Origin: the human T2T-CHM13v2.0 reference genome, Homo sapiens
NCBI RefSeq assembly: GCF_009914755.1
Contig: NC_060948.1
Length of the DNA stretch: 64,000 nucleotides
Strand: one strand, 5' to 3'
A program made the translations under genes and the position numbers. Every line of letters starts with the position of its first letter. Position 1 is the stretch's first letter. The notes beneath the pieces were generated by a model. It saw nothing but the letters and a program-made list of their open reading frames with translations, made no database searches and had not been told where the DNA came from. Positions 59,046 through 64,000 of the stretch are shown in pieces.

Positions 59046-62000
59046 ATATGGACATATTGTACCCTTTGTATGTATGTGTGTGTGTGTGTGTGTATCTCTA
59101 CATATATAGAGATACATATATATATACACACATATATATGATACACACACATAAAGTGATGACAAAGTATACAATTTTTTGTATGTATTCTCAAAAAACA
59201 TTCTTTGAATAAATACTAAAACTGTAAATCTTATTTTAATAAGTCAGCTGATTTGAGAGTCATAAAATAAACTAATTCTGTACAAAAAACTCACATATAT
59301 ACGTGTCTGTGTGTGTGTTTAAATGGTCCATAATGATCTCTGTAAACAAACACTCCAAAGGTACTCATGTTTCTATTTAGTTACTGTCAAGGCTCTAGAA
59401 TCTACATCAGAGGAGTTGCTTAATAAATAGTTATGAATTAGTATATACTATTTATTTCTTTAAGAATAGAGGTATATTATGTCTTCTTAGAAAATGACAA
59501 TTTAAACTTTCACACAGATTTAGGAAATACTGTTTCTGTAATCATGGTAAAATGTAACCATTTAAATCAGTTATAAAATTAAGCAATCTATAACGTAACT
59601 GCCTCAGTGAAATAGCTTTTACAAATAATAATAACAATAATAATATTAAAGCAGTGCCAGCACTTTGAAAAATTAGTAAGTAAAGCACAGTAAATATACC
59701 TCTTTCGCTACAAGTTTTGCCTGAATAACTCTTTTCTACAAATAATGTCAGCTTCTGTACACTACTTAATATTGTCCGATGCCTTGATTTCATGCTGTCT
59801 GCATTTTTCCAAGAATGTGTCTAAATAGCATAGCTCTCCCTTAGTATATTAGGGGAAAAAATTATGTCTTTTTACTTTAGGCATTGAATAGCAATTTATT
59901 AATTTTGGAGGAAAAGAAAGCTCTATACGAGTAGAAGTTCTGCTAGTGGAGAAAACTCTAGCATCAGTTACATAGCCAACAGGTCAGGTGCTAAATGAGA
60001 ACAACTTGAGCATTATAAATGTGGATAACTACCATATTGCTACCTGCTAACGTTCTGAAACAAATTTCTGATTCAAACATAAAGATTTTACATTGCATGA
60101 ATTCACCTCCTTTTTGGACTTACCTTAATATTTTCACATATTTTTCTTCTCACATTAATTTCCTCATTCATTTATCTTTAATTTATCTTATTGTCTAATA
60201 TGCATTTTTGTGAATGCATTTATCTTTTATTATCTTAGAAAAAGATGGAAGATAAATAATTCTGATAAAAGATACCCACTATGCAAACTTCTATAAAATA
60301 TTTTTTAAGCAGTGGAAGATACTTGAGTATTTATTCTACTCAACAATTTTAGCAAAAGCGAAAATTCTCTAACTCCAGCTATAATCTTTGAAAGCTTGGT
60401 TTTTATTTGGCTTGCTTATTGTAATATCTTAGCAACTTTCATGTCATAAGACAATGTGTATGCACAATGTGAATGCATAACATAGTGTGCCAAAGCACAG
60501 GTGTGCCCGTGTTTTACGTATACCTTCAAGCTCTAGTCAAGATTAGATCTATCCCAAAGGCCCTTGATTGAGTTTTCTCCCTTGTTACCCCCGAAATAGA
60601 GACTGCCTAGAGTTTTAATTTTCTATATTAGTGGTTTACAGAAATATTGAAAAAGCAATGGGAAAAATAGCAGAAAATAAGAAAATATATGGTTTAGTTT
60701 GTAGTCATTTATTAACTAAACTGACTTCACTTTACTAATGCTTACCCTAACTTGAATGAACTAAACATTACATAAGCTTTTGAAAATCCTTCTGATATAA
60801 GAAACCAAAAATTGAGTTAAGAAATCTTCAAATGTGATATCAAATAATTCTAAATGTGTGTTTTTAAAATAATTTTCTTGAGAGATTGTTCAACACTCTT
60901 AATTTTTCAAAGGTGCCTAATACTCTAGCTTATAGGATATTTAGCAGCATTTCTAAACTCTCAGTACTAGATGCTAGTAACAAGCTTACCAATTCCACTT
61001 CCAGTCATAAACCAGGCTTAGAGTGAAATCTAACGTGAAATCTACTGACCTATAAAATCCCTAGACAATCACAGGGACTGTCTGTTACTTCTATGAGCTC
61101 ATCATCTATAATGGTTTCCCTTCCACAGCCTGCTCCAGCCACAGGGACCTGGCTAATTTTTAAACAATTAAGCAGGCTTCCACCAGGGATCATCATACTG
61201 GTTGAACTTCCTGCATGTTTACATGATTATTTCCTTATTATTTTATTTAGATATTTACTTGAAAGTCACTTTTAAGCAAATTATTGTACATTTGTTTTAT
61301 ATAAAACCAAAATATACTATATACTGATCTTGCCTCATATATTTTATATGGAATATAGAACTTCAATTAATAAAAAGCAAACAAAAAACTCTATAATATA
61401 ACCACTAAAACAAAAATCTAACATCTAAAATCCAAAATTCGAGGTACAACACATAATTTAAGTATTTTAAACAAAATTTTAAGAGAAAAAACATACATCT
61501 CATAGATACAAATAAACTACAAGAATAGAAAACAATCAATGTTTCATAGATAAAAATGAAAAGTGCAAGGAAGGCAACTTCAAACCATTTAAAGAAAACT
61601 CATACCTTTCCTAAGCAGCCTGGACCTTTGAAATAAATAGCTCATATTAGCCAAGTTAACATGTAATCAAGAGAGACAATTATAAAATTGCAATTTTTTG
61701 TGTGTATTTCCATTCTGCCTCCTAAGCACAGATGAAGGCTTATAAAAATTGAAATCCACATTTTCCATGTGAGGCCCTGAATCCTGCTTCTGGAAGGAGT
61801 AAAGAAGCCCTTATATGCTAAATTATTGTGTTTTTTTCTAGTCTATCTAGGGGATACATGAAGAATTGATGAAACACATTTATTTCTGTTTTGTCTAACA
61901 TAGAATTCACTCTTGGTTGAAAATGCCAGAAATTGGTCATAAAACTTTAAGTTGCTGAGAACAAAGAAAACAGTTTTTATACAACAGACAAACTATAAAA

Positions 62001-62299
62001 AGGAGCAAAAGTTGAAGAGACCTTTATTTGCAAAAATCTGAATATTCAAAAGCAGTTTAATGTATTGAAAGATTTAGAAAATCATGTCCATGCTCAAGAC
62101 AGAAAACATTCTCAAAAAGTATATAAAACAATAGGTGTTAATTCTCAATTTTACCTATAGCTTCAATGTGAGAAGAAAATGAAGGCTAAGACAGAATTAT
62201 AAGCAATCCTCCTGAGAGTTAAAGAAGAATGTTAATACAGATTTAGTTTTTACAAGTGATAGTTTTAACATTGCTCTTATTCAAAACACTAATGGAATG

Positions 62300-63700
62300 C
62301 AAGCTAAGGTTTTAATAACTAAGAAAATACCTTGGAGAAATGAAGAAAACCTATAATTCAGAGTCAGCACGTTTCAACTTTTCAAATATAGTTTTCTGCA
62401 AAATAAAAACATAAAAACCAATAGAAACGTATGCCTAATGTAAAGTAAATGCAGAAACTGAAAATATTCTAAATTTTATTGACAAAGAATTTAAAACAAC
62501 AGTTTTAAGTTGTGTAAAAGAAAAAATGACAGAACCAATGAAAGAAAACTATGAGAGCATCAGTGAGAAAAAATATGTAAAAAAAATGAAAAATTTGAGA
62601 TAAAGAGTACAAAGACCGAAAGAAAATTGACAATAAAGGAGTTTCACAACAGACCTGAGCTGGAAAGTATTCAGTCAATTTTAAGCAATGAAAACTGAAA
62701 TAACCCAGTCTGATAAATAAAAAAAAATTAAGTGAAAAAATACTAAGAAGTTAATAGAACACTATGAGCTATACCAATACATGCAATATGGACACCTCAT
62801 AAATACAGAAAAAGAAGAGGCAAAAAAAAATCTGAAAGCAAAGATGACTGAATATTTCCCAAACTTAATTAGAAATCAGAATCTAAAATTTAAAGAAGGA
62901 CAAAATCTTCAACTGTAATATAGTCAACGATAGCCACATCAAGAAACATTATAGTCAGTCAAGTGCTAAGACAAAGAAAATTGTAAAACCAGAAAGCGAT
63001 AAGCAACTTGTTATGTTCAAGGGAATCTTGATTAAAATTAACAGATGATTGTTCAGCAGAAACCATGGAAGTCATAAGGTAGTAGGATATCAAAGTTTTA
63101 ATAGAAAAAATACTATCAAACCTGAAATCTGTAACTGGTAAAATGTTACATGAGCAAAAATGCCTGGATAAAGGAAAGTTAAAGGAATTTGTTACTAACC
63201 TTCTCTAAAAGAGAAAATTACTATTATAACCCTGGCAAAGTTTTCTATTACTGAACACTCAGTGTTTACACATATAATCTGAGATAATAATATAAATTGA
63301 AAAGAATGGAAAAGCACAAAAGCAGCACATTTTTATATTGTTTAAATTAAACTTTAGGTTATTGAAACAAGTTAGTATTATTAAAAGTAGGCTATTTTAA
63401 ATTTACAATAGTAATTGAAGTCCCAAATATAACCAATTATAATATAAAAAATACAATTTTTTTTCTAAATTAACCACATTTTAAAAATAAACAAAGGAGA
63501 ATTAAGGATAAAATAAAATAATAAAATATTGAAAGCAAATAAGTAAATCTCAGAGTAAGTAATGTTTTACTTGTAATAACTTTAAATATGAGCTCTTGCA
63601 TAAAAAGTCAAAGACTGGCACAAATGCATCCTTAGATAAAAATTAATGTATATGATTTATCTGAAAGTCTTTCTTTATGTGTAAAGACACAGAGGCCAAA
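62300..63700 (+). mobile_element. Old L1M ORF1-region fragment
   Basis: A-rich sequence with L1 ORF1-like motifs (GAATATTTCCCAAACTTAAT, ACAGATGATTGTTCAGCAGAAACCATGGAAG). Confidence 0.65.
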
Positions 63701-64000
63701 AGTAAGATGATACAAGGTTCTGGGAAAAGCATGACAAGTGACTACAGAGCACTATATATCTGTCTCTTCAACTACACAATAGGTGCAGTGTCAGAATTGG
63801 TATGATCCTATTATTTTGGAATTCCAGAGTCTATCTGAAGGTTTACAGCTTCCAAAACAAGATTTGTAAACAATAATTAAATTTTATCAATTTTATAGCA
63901 TAGATAAACAACAGCTATTTATTCTTTATTAACTACCGCTGTGGTATGCTGCCTTGAAAACACCTCTGGAGCAGCTTGAAAGAGACATGATAAACAGAAA

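Larger units (their letters stand above)
46730..64000 (-). repeat. Right arm of the inverted duplication (runs off the window end)
   Basis: See the left arm. Homology continues to the last bases (63900-63980 versus 11310-11400). Confidence 0.9.

Overview
This is primate, most likely human, DNA: an AluYb8 with its diagnostic 7-bp duplication is present. The gene content points to Y-chromosome ampliconic sequence. I find no intact protein-coding gene. The window holds a processed ELOC/TCEB1 pseudogene (915-1251, -), about 2.6 kb of degenerate interstitial (TTAGGG)n, a disrupted CDY chromodomain gene copy (6240-8277, -) and two sets of unprocessed USP9Y pseudo-exons in opposite orientation. It also carries dense nested retroelements: two HERV-L copies, an HML-5/LTR22 provirus with a MER11 LTR inside env, THE1, LTR12C, MER52, L1 and many Alus. 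The main structure that the individual features do not explain is a large, old inverted duplication. About 11300-34170 (+) corresponds to about 46730-64000 (-) at roughly 80% identity by eye, with shared inactivating lesions, arm-specific insertions and an identifiable inner breakpoint near 46730. I read this as a decayed ('fossil') palindrome. I found no convincing evidence of a new functional biological system. All family assignments come from recalled consensus and protein sequences, not database searches, and repeat boundaries without a stated TSD are approximate.
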